The notes beneath the pieces are model-generated. The model was not told where the DNA came from. It saw nothing but the letters and a program-made list of their open reading frames with translations, and searched no databases. A DNA stretch of 64,000 bases from Lobosporangium transversale (Eukaryota). Location: contig NW_019029000.1 of the NCBI RefSeq assembly GCF_002105155.1, positions 1 through 64,000 of the forward strand, read 5' to 3'. Positions 12,400-24,663 of this stretch are shown here, piece by piece (position 1 is the stretch's first letter; each line of letters opens with the position of its first letter). The translations under genes were made by a program, and so were the position numbers.

Positions 12400-14161
12400 A
12401 CGAACAAAGCGAATGAAAAAAAAAAAAAAAAAAAAAAAAAGTAGAGATAAAAATTAAAAAAGATTAGTAGAATCGTTGGCATGTGGGATCGAGAGACGCG
12501 TCTCGTTTAGTTATTCCTGAAAATAATTTTTTTCGTGATTATTTTAACACTAGCTCCGATGAATAGCCAATCAGAAATTAATATTTGGACTCTATTCAAT
12601 GACATTTCGCCATCCGTAGTGTTGAACCTCAACCGCTTGGAATTCACACAACTCGTCGCAAGATGTTTGTATGACTAAACGGTACTCAGAAGGCAGATGA
12701 CTTCTTCTTACTTGCTTATTCTACCTATTCATCTATTCATTCATATCTTCTCGACTCTCTCATTCTTTCCTATTTTTTTCTGCTCCACCACTGCTCTTCC
12801 ACTAGCTTTTTAATTTGAAAAGGAGATTAAAACATAAAAAGGAGCAACAGAAAACTACTAAAGATATTGTTGTCATTGTGATACCATTCCGCTCAAATAA
12901 ACTGTGGGATTATATTTATTTCAAATATGATATCCATTAGTTCGCAAAAATTTATAAACGATGCCGCAGAAAAAAGCATAGACTGTATAAACTGTGTCCG
13001 TGTAAAAGTAAAAATTAACCTTATCGTTGTAAACAGATCCATTGATAACCTTACTGTATCATTTGAGGGAAAGAAGGAGAAGGAGCATAGCTATCACGTC
13101 TTGTCGTTGTAAGGAGGATGAATAGGCAGAGAAGCACTTTACTACTGTGGAACAGACAGTGTGGACGCATAAGAAAAAAAATTCCCCTTACTAAGAAGCA
13201 ATCGGAGGCTGCGGGGAGGAGAGAAAGAGGGATCTCCTCATGTCCCCCGTACTTTTCATTCATTATTTAGTACTTTCTCCGTTACTCTATTGTAAGTGGT
13301 AGTTACGTCTAGTATGTTTAGGGGAAACCCAATTGTAAAAACTGAGCAGGGTAAATAACGGCAAGTCAGAGCGAACTAAATCTTGTTTCTTGTTGGACCA
13401 TCAATAATCAACAAAGAGTGTTTGATTTAGTCACCCTGCATCTTTGCATGAACATTAAACCATTAATGAATAGTGACCTTTAGTAACCACCTGCTACTGT
13501 TGGCCAGTAGCAATAATCCTCACCGGTAGATTTTGCAGTGGTGGTAAAAAAAAAATCGGCGTGGCGCACCGTCACCCAGAAAACTTACATTGTTAGTGAT
13601 TTCTGATCTGACGTACCGGCATATCAGGATTTTTTTATATTAAGTATATCATACTTCTACTGGTAGGCTAGCGGCGCGTCGTGCCAGCCAAGTCCGCCGG
13701 TGAGAGTCACTGGTCATAAAGAGCTGCTTTGCTGCATAGTACCAAGAAAAGCACTACAATGGCAAAAGCATCAGACGCATTTACCTGGCTAATCTCCAGG
13801 AGAGATCTGTCTGATACACAGCCTTTTCCCTGATGTTGTAAACGCGACTGGAAGGCGCCATGCTCTTTAATGCTACGGCTTTTAAGGGATACAATTGATC
13901 CTTAGCATTCATAGTAGGCGCAACTTATAAGCGATATTATCCTATATGTATTTATTGACACGACTGAAGCCATGGCCGTTTAATATCCAGGAAATATTTT
14001 GTATATAAACCGGCGTAATTTAATGCCTTACTTCTCTTCAGCTGTTCAGCGTCTAGATTCTCCTTCCAATTCCCCATTATCTAAGTTTAACACCTATTCA
14101 GGCTCCTCATTAAAGCTTTTCATTCGAGTTTCCCATTAGTATTTGCTTCCCTCACTAAATA

Positions 14162-14488
14162 ATGGAGGACGAACAAGACCTTGCTCTCGGGCAGCCCTTA
14201 ACAAGGTTTTCTGAGCTCCAACCTGGCGAGCCGCGCAATGGGATCAATATCCGGGGATATGTAAAGGCCAAGTTTCCAGTACAGGCGGATGGAGCAGTCA
14301 TCATCTGGATCCGAGAAGTCCGTTCCTACGAGATGCGATCTGTGTATTTCAGGAAAGAGCCTGACTTGGAAATTGGAGACCTTCTCGTTCTCTGGAACGC
14401 CGACTACCGCTACAATGGCGAAGGATGGGATATAGTCGCTACGTCAACCAGCCTATATGATTACCACAGGTTTCCGATTGTAAACTAA
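14162..14488 (+). CDS. Small putative single OB-fold protein B (108 aa, intronless)
   Basis: ATG-initiated ORF preceded by a TATATAAA box (~14002) and a pyrimidine-rich leader. The pattern FSELQPG..GINIRGYV...DLEIGDLLVLWNA resembles single-OB ssDNA-binding proteins; paralogs A and C lie in the window. Confidence 0.72.
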   Translation: MEDEQDLALGQPLTRFSELQPGEPRNGINIRGYVKAKFPVQADGAVIIWIREVRSYEMRSVYFRKEPDLEIGDLLVLWNADYRYNGEGWDIVATSTSLYDYHRFPIVN

Positions 14489-15029
14489 AGCGGGTGCTTG
14501 GATTAACAGCCGTAGTAAATCCAGGAATACAGTTTACATCATCCAGGCCAATAAAAAATAAAAAAAACAAAAAAAAAAGCAAATGAACCTGCTTTTCCCA
14601 GACGGTTCTAGAAGTAATACATATAGAGGCACGTAAAGCTTAAAACATGCTTATTCTTAGACTCAAATATGGTATTTATTTTCAATTTTCGATACACGTT
14701 TCTGGAACTTCAAAAGCCAGTTATACTGTAAAATGGTGATACACGAGCATTTAAAAATATTAATATTTGCATAGATGCCTTCTTACTTTAAAAAGAGCCG
14801 ACTATATGTCCCATCTTTAGGGTCTACAGCGGCATATTTACTATCAAGTACACACCAAGCAGGTGGATGGTAGTTCCTACTTTGTAAAAGTGGATAAAAG
14901 TCTTTAACAGTCCATTTACGTAGATTCTCCCGCTTTTATTTTTCCGCTGGCCTACGTGTGTCATTAAAATGGTTAACGTGCACTATGAAAGCCTCAGTCG
15001 ACCCCCCAAACCCCTGCTCCCCAGGATAT

Positions 15030-15272
15030 TTAAGCCATAGTTTCATATTAATAGTAATAGTAATGGTAGTAGTAATAAAAAAGAACTCTCTTGGATTTCG
15101 ATCCACAAGCCCAAGCTGGCCATGAATATCGATATATTTGTATATGTCCCCGACAGTTGATGAGCTGGAGTCCACAGCCAGAAACAAGCATACCAACGAT
15201 ATTAAACAAATGTGGCTTCTCGTAGATAATCAAGATTACTTGCCAAACGTTCAGAAAGGATGGACGGTCTAG
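15030..15272 (+). pseudogene. Relic of small OB-fold gene (paralog of gene C)
   Basis: After a CAG acceptor (15156), phase 1, reads DELESTARNKHTNDIKQMWLLVDNQDYLPNVQKGWTV*, matching gene C exon 2 YELEFTIRDKDTGVEKDVWLLSGHQGYLFVIKAGWTVR. Premature TAG; upstream exon decayed, so the start coordinate is approximate. Confidence 0.75.
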
Positions 15273-15985
15273 AAAGAAGTATAGTTTGCTTTAATTTTTG
15301 TTAACTCTAGGTTATTCATGTCAGGTTATTGATCCTACGTTAATGTTTTTTATTTGATTATTCTAAAAGTTCATCCGTGGGCCACCTCATCCGCCTATGG
15401 TTACCACTAATACCGGAAAGGGGAACACAGTGAATCACCTCAAAAGTGTGGCTCAATACTTGAGGAACACAGTGACCATTAAATGTTCCTTAGAAAGGAA
15501 AGGTGATTATTTACTGAAACCCCCCCAGCACATTGACTTGCTCCCAATGCCTGACTGAAAGTTATTTAGTGCTCTGAATACCCTTAAAGACGTGGTTGGT
15601 TATGAACCAGACGGAGCTCTGAGCCTGAAGAGAAAGAGCGTAATATTTCGGTTTCTAGCACATGCTGGAAGAAAGCAAGCACAAACTTATTGTCCATAAA
15701 GCGCAAACTTATTGTCCAAATAGCATAAATCTAAATGCACACAGGCTTGATCTTTCATCCTTGATGTAAAAAAAATATTCACAATCATCTGCTCTTTCCC
15801 CATTGCCATTCCCGTTTCCATTCTCAGGGAACCTTGTTTGACTGATTTTGTCTTGAAAAGCCATAAAATAGCTGCCAATCGCCACATGGACTGCTACTAC
15901 TCATTCACGGGCAAGATAGACGCGTCGCGTGTAACTTTTGATTTCACGTGACAAATCAGCCTACTTAAAGTTTTTTTTTTTACAG

Positions 15986-16075
15986 CCAACTGAATACTTT
16001 ACCGACCAACTAAATACTTTACTCTTTTCCCAACCAACAGAGTACTTCACTTTTCCCTTTCCCAACCAACTGAAT
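15986..16075. repeat. Imperfect short tandem repeat, 4 copies of a CCAACTGAATACTTT-like core
   Basis: ccaactgaatactttt / ccaactaaatactttt / ccaacagagtacttc / ccaactgaat. Confidence 0.7.
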
Positions 16076-17149
16076 TCGCATTTGCTCATTCAGAAAAGAA
16101 AATGCATTCCATCGTAAAACACAAAGAACACTCAGACAATTCTACTAGAGCATGACATTCAAGTGTCAAAGAAAACAACGAAATGAAAAGAATCAAGGAC
16201 AAGAAGAAATAGAAGATAACCAGTATAGCATGGCAAGCTCGAACACAAATGTAACTACATCAGTGAAGTGGCTGCACCATTATCAACTGTTATGGCATCA
16301 CACTCCGTTACCACCTCAGGACTTGTCCTCGTCACGTTATTATCAAAAAGACCCAACCAAATCCAATCAACAACAATATTGGTGGCAACAGCAGTGGAGC
16401 CAAGGATGATGCCACCAAAACCTTGGTAGCTTTTACTTCTGCATCAAGTGTCCCCCGTGCTAAAGATATTATGAAAAAGCTACACCCCAATGATGCCGCC
16501 GTTGCAATACAGCTAATGATGCGTCGTCGTCCTCGTCGTGGACACGATCATTTAAATATAACTACGGCAATCCCAACCGAATGCACAGAACATTTATATG
16601 TGATCCAGCAACTTCAAGCACTTTCATTTCATCTTATTGTCCTCTCCATCATCCAATGCTACCAAAATGGAAACAGTATGGAAACCTCAACCAGACATTG
16701 TGTCCCAGGCAAAAGATACCGAGGAAGCTGCAAATCGGATCGAAATGGCACGACTGTTATCCATATGCATTCTTCTCACGATACAACATGAACAGCCTTA
16801 TTATCAACAGTGGTATCATCGACATCAGTTAAATCCACTGCTGACATGGAATAAAAAAACATCAAGAATTTGGCCCAAGGCTGTCACGCGCTTGACCGGT
16901 AAAATGTGATACAATATTAGATTGTGTTGTCAATATATTCATAGTTCTCGGTATATTAATGCTACATGCTGTTGAGGGCATCAATCTCGCCAGAATCATT
17001 CCCTCTCACATTAATTACCTTGGGAGCTATGCTAGACGGATGGGAGATTAGGAGGAAAAGGTCCTTGATGTCTGGGATATCCACGCTTACTTATAATCTC
17101 ACCAAAAGTTCTGTGTCTTGCGTTCATAGGCGGTTAATCGCAGTTTGGT

Positions 17150-19070
17150 TTTCGTATGCCCCTTGAAGAACGTAAGCAAAAATGCCTTTATGTTTTATAT
17201 TTGATACTCATCAATTTACCCTTTTTACTTGTCCGAAGGTAGAATGACGCCTAGCCAATGGATGCTATTGCAAGTGTGTCCACAAGTCCTTGGAGAAGTT
17301 CATTGAGGAAACTCGGTTCCATCCAGGACAGATTTATTCCTAGCGCTCTTCACAAAAGTAGCAGAATTACTTGGTGGAGTTGGCTTTAATTGCCTTGACA
17401 AGCTCCTGCAAGATTGGTTCGACAATCTAATCGGGTCCTTTCGGAGCGGCATCAAAGCAACTCTATGTTTTTGGTTATTTTGACGAGACGCAGGATATGG
17501 AGAGGGGAGGCTAAATACCAGTGTATTAATAACGACAACACTAAGCGACCAATACTATCAGCATTCTTTCATGGATTGGAGAGTTTATCAGAGGATTTAC
17601 CACGAATTTGCATAGTTCCTTGCGGGATAGGCTTTTGTATTTATGATCTTGCTTGGGTTAAGAGAACTGGCAAAGCTTCAAGGAATATCGAGAAGTTCTC
17701 GATGACTCGAGATTCAAGAGTGCAGTACCGTTTCCTAGATGGGATAATCAAGCAAAATTCCGGACATACTTCAAGACACTTGTACGATATTTGGAGAAAT
17801 AAGTTTCTCAAGCTCTGCATCAAAGCTGAGAGGCCATTTTAATGATCAAGCAATCGAAATGCTATATGCTTGGTCCTATGGTCGTCTCCGTCCAATGATC
17901 ACTATAATAGAGAACGTCATTGGGCGTGCCGATGCAGGCCTTTGGAAGCAAGAAATCAAGGGCCTGGTGTGGTCGCTCACTGATCCAGGATATAAAGAAT
18001 CTGGTAACCTATGCCATGAGTAATCTAGGATTCTGAAGCGTATTAACAAAGGGGATGCAGCAATTAAAACCAGTGCCGACATCAGGGAAACCTTCGGTCG
18101 AGCCGTAAAGAATAGATTACTATATAGTAAAGACTTGATATTGGAGTACAATGAGCCTGTTCCGGTCGAGGCTTCGTTTGCTCGAATTGTCGTTAATCAA
18201 AGGAAGAAGGAGTTTACGATTGTCGTTGAGCCAATAGCATTTAACTTATTTGAAGTGGATGACCCTGGATTGGTTAAATTGGTTAATAGTGTGTTGCTAG
18301 ACGCCCCTATGTCTGGCACAAAGGGCACACATTTTGAGTATTTCAGTCCCGCTTTGTTAACTTCAATCTTCCAGAATTATAACAACGAACGAATTCTTGG
18401 ATACTCACTGTAATAAAGACTCAATACATGAATTCAAGTTAATCTCGCTTTTTTTTGTTTCCAAAAGAGAACCCGTCTGGACCAGATATCGTCTTTGTAT
18501 TAGAATCGGAGGGTAAATACTATCCTGTTTCCGTACAGTCAAAAATCGGCGATAAGGTCAAGAATTAGGGATGCCCACAATACAACTTGCCATAATTGCA
18601 TCAAGGAACATCTCTCATCACCGTCCTCTCTACCCGGTTTTTGCTCGAATGACATATTCTTGTTCCTGTTGTTTAGGCCTTATTTATCACATTGCCTTAT
18701 CATGTTGTCTTATTATGTTGTCTTATCACGAACAGGGTGATTATTCAGTAGCTAAAGTCATAGAAGCCCCTGTCATCAAAGACAAACGAATAGAAACGAC
18801 GTGCTCAATATTAGCTTGCTGAACTTCCTTGAAAGTGCAAGGGAATCCCTCAGGAAGTCAGAATTGACTCGAGTTGTGGAGGATGAGGGAGAAGGAAGCA
18901 AGCCCAAAGAACCACGGGCAAGGAGCACATCAAAGAGAATTGTCGATAAAGCTCAAGCTATGGAAAATAAGAGAGAGCTGAGCAAACCCAGCGGATCAAA
19001 TAAAAGAAAAAGTGCATGCGGAGGACGACAAGCCAATAGGTCAGGCAGGGATAAGAGGCCAAGGAAAAAG
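17150..19070 (+). pseudogene. Decayed Crinkler-type NTPase+REase gene of a second family (copy 1)
   Basis: Frameshifted or stop-containing segments WMLLQVCPQVL, FLVI(L)DETQ (Walker B-like), RPILSAFFHGL, IVPCGIG, GRLRP, VEASFARI, KGTHFE and FPKENPSGPDIVFVLESEGKYYPVSVQSK (PD-(D/E)xK-like) recall CRN-like proteins of early-diverging fungi. Boundaries approximate. Confidence 0.7.
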
Positions 19071-19234
19071 TGGCGATCGTTTCTTTTACTTCTTTTTACT
19101 TGCCATTGTTTATGACAATGGCACAGACACAATTTTGTAATATAACACTAATAGATAAATTAAATATCGCTATTCAACAAACCTGAGCAAGGAGAAGTGA
19201 ACACACCAAGCTGATTGCCGCAGCTGCATTATCG

Positions 19235-19783
19235 GAATTTTCTTAAGTAAGTGGCAAGTTGTTTCTACTGTCTATTCCTATCTTTCTACCCATTGGTTTT
19301 GTGTTGGGGCCCGACACGCCATTCCAGGTCACATCAGAGGAGCATCCGATCAAGCAAGCATCATTCAAGGAGATAATCGATAATAATACTGGATCCTGCT
19401 TGAAGAGAAACCGATCAAACTTCGGAGAAAAGTGACAATATCACATTCCTCTGTTTCATGGTCCCAGGCGGCATACACGTCAAGCTTAAGATTCAGAAGC
19501 TCGTTATCAACAATGGTCAGAATGTTAAAGCAACACCTAGATATTTAAAACATGCGGGACAGTATGTCATAAAAACTCACATCAATACCGCATATGCAGG
19601 AGGATCGCCGAGGTTCAAGCATGAAGAAAAGAGTCGAATGTCAATCAAGTGAAAGGAATTTTGTCTTGTAATGAAAATACCATATCTATTGAGTATTTTT
19701 TACAATCGTTCATCCTTTATGAACGAAGCCATCGCTATCCGCTTACCCTTTTGACAAACGGGATGGCGCTTTTTAATCGGTCC
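19235..19783 (+). pseudogene. Relic of the REase C-terminus and 3' UTR of a paralog of the intact CRN gene (copy 1)
   Basis: Nucleotide similarity to ~23335-23893, e.g. atcagaggagcatccgatcaagcaagcatcattcaaggagataat vs atcagaggaacatccgatcaagcaagcaccattcaaggagataat; PRYLKHAGQYVIKTHINTAYAGGS vs PGYLKHVRQRVIKIDIEAAYSGGS. Confidence 0.88.
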
Positions 19784-21262
19784 TACACACACACCCAAAT
19801 CACTAGCCTCATTTTTACCAATCATCTCTTGCCCCATCATCTGCATTGCCATCTATTAGTCTAACATTTTATTATTCTAACATTTGAATCTACTCAACAA
19901 TTCTCGTTTCCATCTCTCTGACCTTATTAAGCACACTATCTTAATTAAAGGTAATTAATTGATTAATTAGAGCATGATGACTCTTTTTACGCGAAGTATA
20001 CCATCCTTTTTTCTCATTCCTCGTTCGTTCTCAATCAAATCAATATTCTAGTCTGGACTTAGAAAAAAAAAAAAGCCATTTTCTGCGGCGAGAATGGCAG
20101 AAAAAAGAGAGCCTTTCCCGCAGTGTGTCCGACTTGGGAATTTTTTCAAATTTAAAAAAGAGACCTCCAGCCAAAATGTCAACTTTGGTCCCAGCCTGAG
20201 AGAGAAGTGTCCGCAAGAGCAAGCCAGATTTGCCTTTCAGTACATGCATGTGCACATGAACTTCGTCCTCAGGCTGGTGACGAGCCTAGTGAACCGAGAT
20301 CCAGGATCAATTTTATAGTGCTTTGCGGCTTGAACAACAACAATATTATTAAGTCCATTCTCAATACGTGCGTCTTCAAAGACTAGAGTTAACGTACAAA
20401 TGTCCAGCTTTTTCTTTATTATATACTCTCAAGCAATGAACTAGACTTTATGGGGCAACTAATGTAATTGCAACACTTGCTTTGAAATCAAATTCATGGC
20501 CAGCCAGGATATCTACTTGATCATTATCGCCATCTTCTCTTTCTTCACTGTCATCCTCTCTATCCTTACTAGAGTTTGACGCGTCAAGGGCTTTTCTCTA
20601 AAGCATAATTTTGCTTAGATATCATCAAGAAAAGCATTGATACAAAAATTATTATTATATATAATATTATTCGTGTTTGAACACTTAGAATATCTTCAAA
20701 TCCACCAATCAATATCTTTTCAATTTGATTGATGGCGAGAACATCATTGATAGGAGCATCAGTAACAGCTCCTTGTTCTTGGAATGAGGTGTTAGACATG
20801 TTCATAGTGGGATGAATGTGTGGTGAAAACAGAGGTGAGATGATGTATTAAAACAATACATGTTACGTCACACTTAGGGACCAATTTAATCTTTAATCGC
20901 ATGGCATCAAGAAAAAAAGTTTTCTCACACACAGCCCAACCTTGAAATAAAAGAACAAATTTATCCTTTCTTCCTCTTCCTTTTCTTCCTTTATCCTTTT
21001 TTCACTTTTTTCTTATTTCCCTCCATTTTTGCTCCCTTCACACATCTTCTTCTCTTCCTTTTTCATTTATTCTAAGCCTTCATTCATTGCCTTTCCTTTC
21101 TTTTCCTTTCCTTTCCTTTTTTTTTGTCTTACACATTTTTTCATTTTTGTTTTCATACAGTGACCACGGGTAAGAGTAGAGAATAAACCTTTGCCTATTT
21201 AACCATCATTCTCCCTGCATTTCAACCACACTCACACTCAGTCCCACTCATCTTAATTTTCA

Positions 21263-23737
21263 ATGGCCACCACAAGGAGCTCAACACAAAAAAACATGGC
21301 TGCAAATAATTCCACAGGGAGCCAAGCACAAAAAAACATGGCTGCAAATAAGCCTGAAGATGTCTCCACACTCAATAAACGAAAAAGAGTAAACCAGCAC
21401 CCACAACGAAAAAAGCGCGCCATCCCACTGCTGCTGCAGCTGAACTGCGTTGTTGAGGGAGAAGCAACGTCGTTCCCAGTAGGGATTTCCTCCGATAAAT
21501 CGGTCGGGATACTCAAGGAGGTCATCAAAGCAAAGAAAGCCAATGCATTTAAGGATATCGACGCTGACCAACTCACCCTCTACAAGGTTTCCATCCCTGA
21601 CGAAGACAAGACTGTGGTAGAGTCAGAAATCGAGTCGAAAGAGGCTCTCGCACCCGCGTCAAGGAAGCTTGGGGACATATTTAATTCCAAACTTCCAGAG
21701 GAAACTATCCATGTTTTTGTCAAGCCACCACAGCGAGGTATATCTTTGGCTCTTGATGGACTGATTGTTGATATTTTCAGCTGATGAAGCTTGGTTTATA
21801 TCTTAAACGGCCATGTGCATGATATCACCATTTGGTTTGTGCCTTGATAACTCAACGTTCTTTCTAATTATTTGCTTTTGATACTTAGCTCAGAAAAGAA
21901 AACAAGATGGAGTTTCTGGTGAGTGTTTTTGGCTGAGAACCTGGTTATTGATCATTTTAGAGTGATGTGCAATAAATCAAAAATATTAATTTTGATCACT
22001 TTATCTCTTTTATCAGAGTCACCCTCTAAAAAAGCTCGTCCAAGCATGGGAAACACAGGCCACTCTGGTGATCTTATGGATGCGATTAGAGAAGCAGGGC
22101 TTGCAACGAAAGGGATAGTGAATGGTGAACCTACCGTCTCGCCTCTCAACTCGAAAGAGAGGGTCAAGGTGCTTTCGTACATGGGGGGGCTACCAGTAGA
22201 TGATCCTTACAAAGGCATTATTAGCGTGGCTCGCGAGCTCCGAAATTCTGGTGGTATCAAGGATTCCAAAATATTGACTGCCCCTGAGGGTTGTATCTTC
22301 CCTGTTGCCAGAACAAGGCATCTTTATATCAGAAAAGAATATAAAGAGCTTTATGACCATATTACATCCAGGTTAAGTACCCCTCATAAAACTGGTTTGA
22401 ACCGAATGTTTGTCACTGGAACACCTGGAATTGGCAAGTCAGCCTTTCTGGTCTATTTTGCCATCCGCCTCCTTGCCGAACACGATGAGGAAAATCCACC
22501 GATTATTATTTTCCAAGAGAAGCAGGGTACCGAATGTCATGTTTATGGAGGAACAACTTGCCGACGTTCTGGGGATATAAAAACATTCCGAGATTTCCTT
22601 GCTCGGCCTGAAACGTGGTACTTAGTTGATAGTAGTGAGAAACCTCTACCAGATCAAGCCAGGACGATATTTGCGGCATCACCAAAAACTCTCAATGAGC
22701 AGTACGGTGAATTCGCCAAGGAAACTGCACGCTTTAGCTACTATCACATGTCACTCTGGAGTTTGGACGAGCTTAAAGAATGTGGAGCCAATGTAGAGTA
22801 TTATCATCTAGTGGATGAAGAATTTTTGGAGGAGCTTTTTTACGACTTGGGGGGAGTACCAAGACATGTCCTACAGACCCCAGCCTATTCACTATCCATG
22901 AATCAAGAAAATATTGAGAGTGCTAGAGACTCTGCGTTTTCCCGCGTCAATGAGGCCATTAAATCACTCCAGAATCCAGCAGATCTTGTAAGCCTCTTTG
23001 CACGAGGAAAAGATGCGAGTGCATTTAGTGGTCGTTTACTCCATAGAGTCCCCACTTCTGACCATCTCGACTTCTACCTGGTGTGGGCATCTCGTTGGGT
23101 CGAATCACAGATTATGGAGAAATTAAAAGATAACACTTGGGTCGATGTGTTGGCGAACCTTGTCAAAGGCGGAGAGGATATAGCTAAAGGCCCGGTATTT
23201 GAAGTCTATGCTCATCACTTATTTCGACGTGGTGATATTAGATTTCCCTTTAGGGATCTCCAGTCAGGCGAAACAGGATTTCTTGATTTTCCAGCAATTC
23301 CAGAAGAGGTGTTTATCCGGACTTCAGAGGAATTATCAGGGCTCACTCAAGCAGCTGGCAAGTTGTTTGTACCAGCACATTCTAAATTCCCGTGCATTGA
23401 TTTTGCATTGGGACCCAACAAGCTATTTCAGGTCGCAGTATCAGAGGAACATCCGATCAAGCAAGCACCATTCAAGGAGATAATTGATTATATTACCGGA
23501 CCCTGCTCGAAGGGAAACCGATCAAAGTTGAAGGGAAGTGATGATACCATTTTCCTCTATTTTGTGGTACCAGGTTACATATATGATAATTTTAAGGTTC
23601 AGAAGTTTGTTATTAACGATAGTCAGGATGCCAAGGCAATACCTGGATACTTGAAACATGTAAGACAGCGTGTCATAAAAATCGACATCGAAGCTGCATA
23701 TTCAGGAGGATCAGCCGGTACGAATCTGAAGAATTAA
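21263..23737 (+). CDS. Crinkler (CRN)-family protein, ~741 aa: ubiquitin-like CRN N-terminal domain + P-loop NTPase + PD-(D/E)xK-like nuclease; exons 21263-21737, 21889-21918, 22017-23737
   Basis: LNCVVEGE..SFPV..SVGILKEVIKAKK..DADQLTLYKV (LFLAK-equivalent) ...IHVFVKPP (HVLVxxP); Walker A GTPGIGKS, WYLVD, GGVPR, GPVFE, FPCIDF..LFQV....HPIK, LYFVVP. Two GT-AG phase-1 introns give an uninterrupted 2226 nt CDS. Confidence 0.9.
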
Positions 23738-23899
23738 ATCGAATACCAATCAAGTGGATGAAAATTTGTCCTGTAAAAGAAAAGCATTATACCTGTTCCT
23801 TGAGGATTTTTTACAATGGTTCATCCTTTATAAATGAAGCCATCATTATCCACTTACCTTTTAGACGAATAGATAGAGCGGTTTAATCCGTCCTCCCTT

Positions 23900-24415
23900 C
23901 TACTGGGGCATATAGAACTTTATAAAGCCTGTGATCATCATGCGATCTTGTGTGCAAGAAAGGGCAGATTTTTGTGATACTATTATCAAAGAGTTTTGTA
24001 AAAACGGATAGAGTTGAAGAATCCTGTGGAGAACCCAGTGAGAGTCTGATGATGAGACCCAAAACCATATTATTATCACCAGGACAGCTGGCATAGGAAA
24101 TTGTCCTTTCTCGTATGCTTTGTCATCTGGATGCTTGCCACTTGCGAAAGACCCATCAATTATCATCATCCAAGGCGCCAGAACGTTTAACCAGGAGCTA
24201 GGATGACAGCTCCGCTCTAAAGACATAAATGTCGTTTTAGCCCCATGGTGCGTACACGGGATGGCAACCTGTGATCAATGAGATCATATTTGTTGTATGT
24301 TCGGCCAATAGTGTCAGTATGTGAAGGCGGCGCGTCTTGAATCTCTAGGCGTCCAGGGACATGGAATAAAAAAACATCAAGAATTTGGCCAAGGCTGCCA
24401 CGCGCTTGACCGGTA
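23900..24415 (+). pseudogene. Relic of the NTPase region of a paralog of the intact CRN gene
   Basis: Decayed HIIITRTAGIG(K)...FLVCFVIWML...PSIIIIQ...TWNKKHQEFAKAATRL parallels MFVTGTPGIGKSAFLVYFAIRLL...PPIIIFQ...TLNEQYGEFAKETARF, allowing frameshifts. Confidence 0.7.
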
Positions 24416-24663
24416 AAATGTGATACAACATTGGATTGTGTCGTCAGTATATTAATAGTTCTCGGTATATTAATGCTACATGCTGTTGAGGGCATCAATC
24501 TCGCCAGAATCATTCCCTCTCACATCAATTACCTTGGGAGCTATGCTAAATGGATGGGAGATTAGGAGGAAAAGGTCCTTGATGTCTGGGATATCCACGC
24601 TTACTTATAATCTCACCAAAAGTTCTGTGTCTTGCGTTCATAGGCGGTTAATCGCAGTTTGGT

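Larger units (their letters stand above)
16843..20289 (+). repeat. 3.4 kb direct repeat, copy 1
   Basis: Near-identical to 24358-27774 from GACATGGAATAAAAAAAC to GACGAGCCTAG; several ORF translations are identical in both copies. Confidence 0.97.

Noticed and set aside
12927..13112. 61 aa ORF with KINLIVVN resembling the family first strand
   Set aside because: The remaining family motifs are absent.
13490..13712. CAGTG...CACTG-bounded GC-richer patch and an 8 bp hairpin, possible hAT-like relic
   Set aside because: Inverted match is only 5 bp and no target duplication is evident.
15986..16075. CRISPR-like array
   Set aside because: Eukaryotic context, degenerate repeats, spacers very short and uneven, no cas genes.
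20584..20805. Minus-strand 73 aa ORF divergent from the CRN gene
   Set aside because: No recognisable motif; the second half runs into AT-rich sequence; cannot be supported as a gene or antitoxin.
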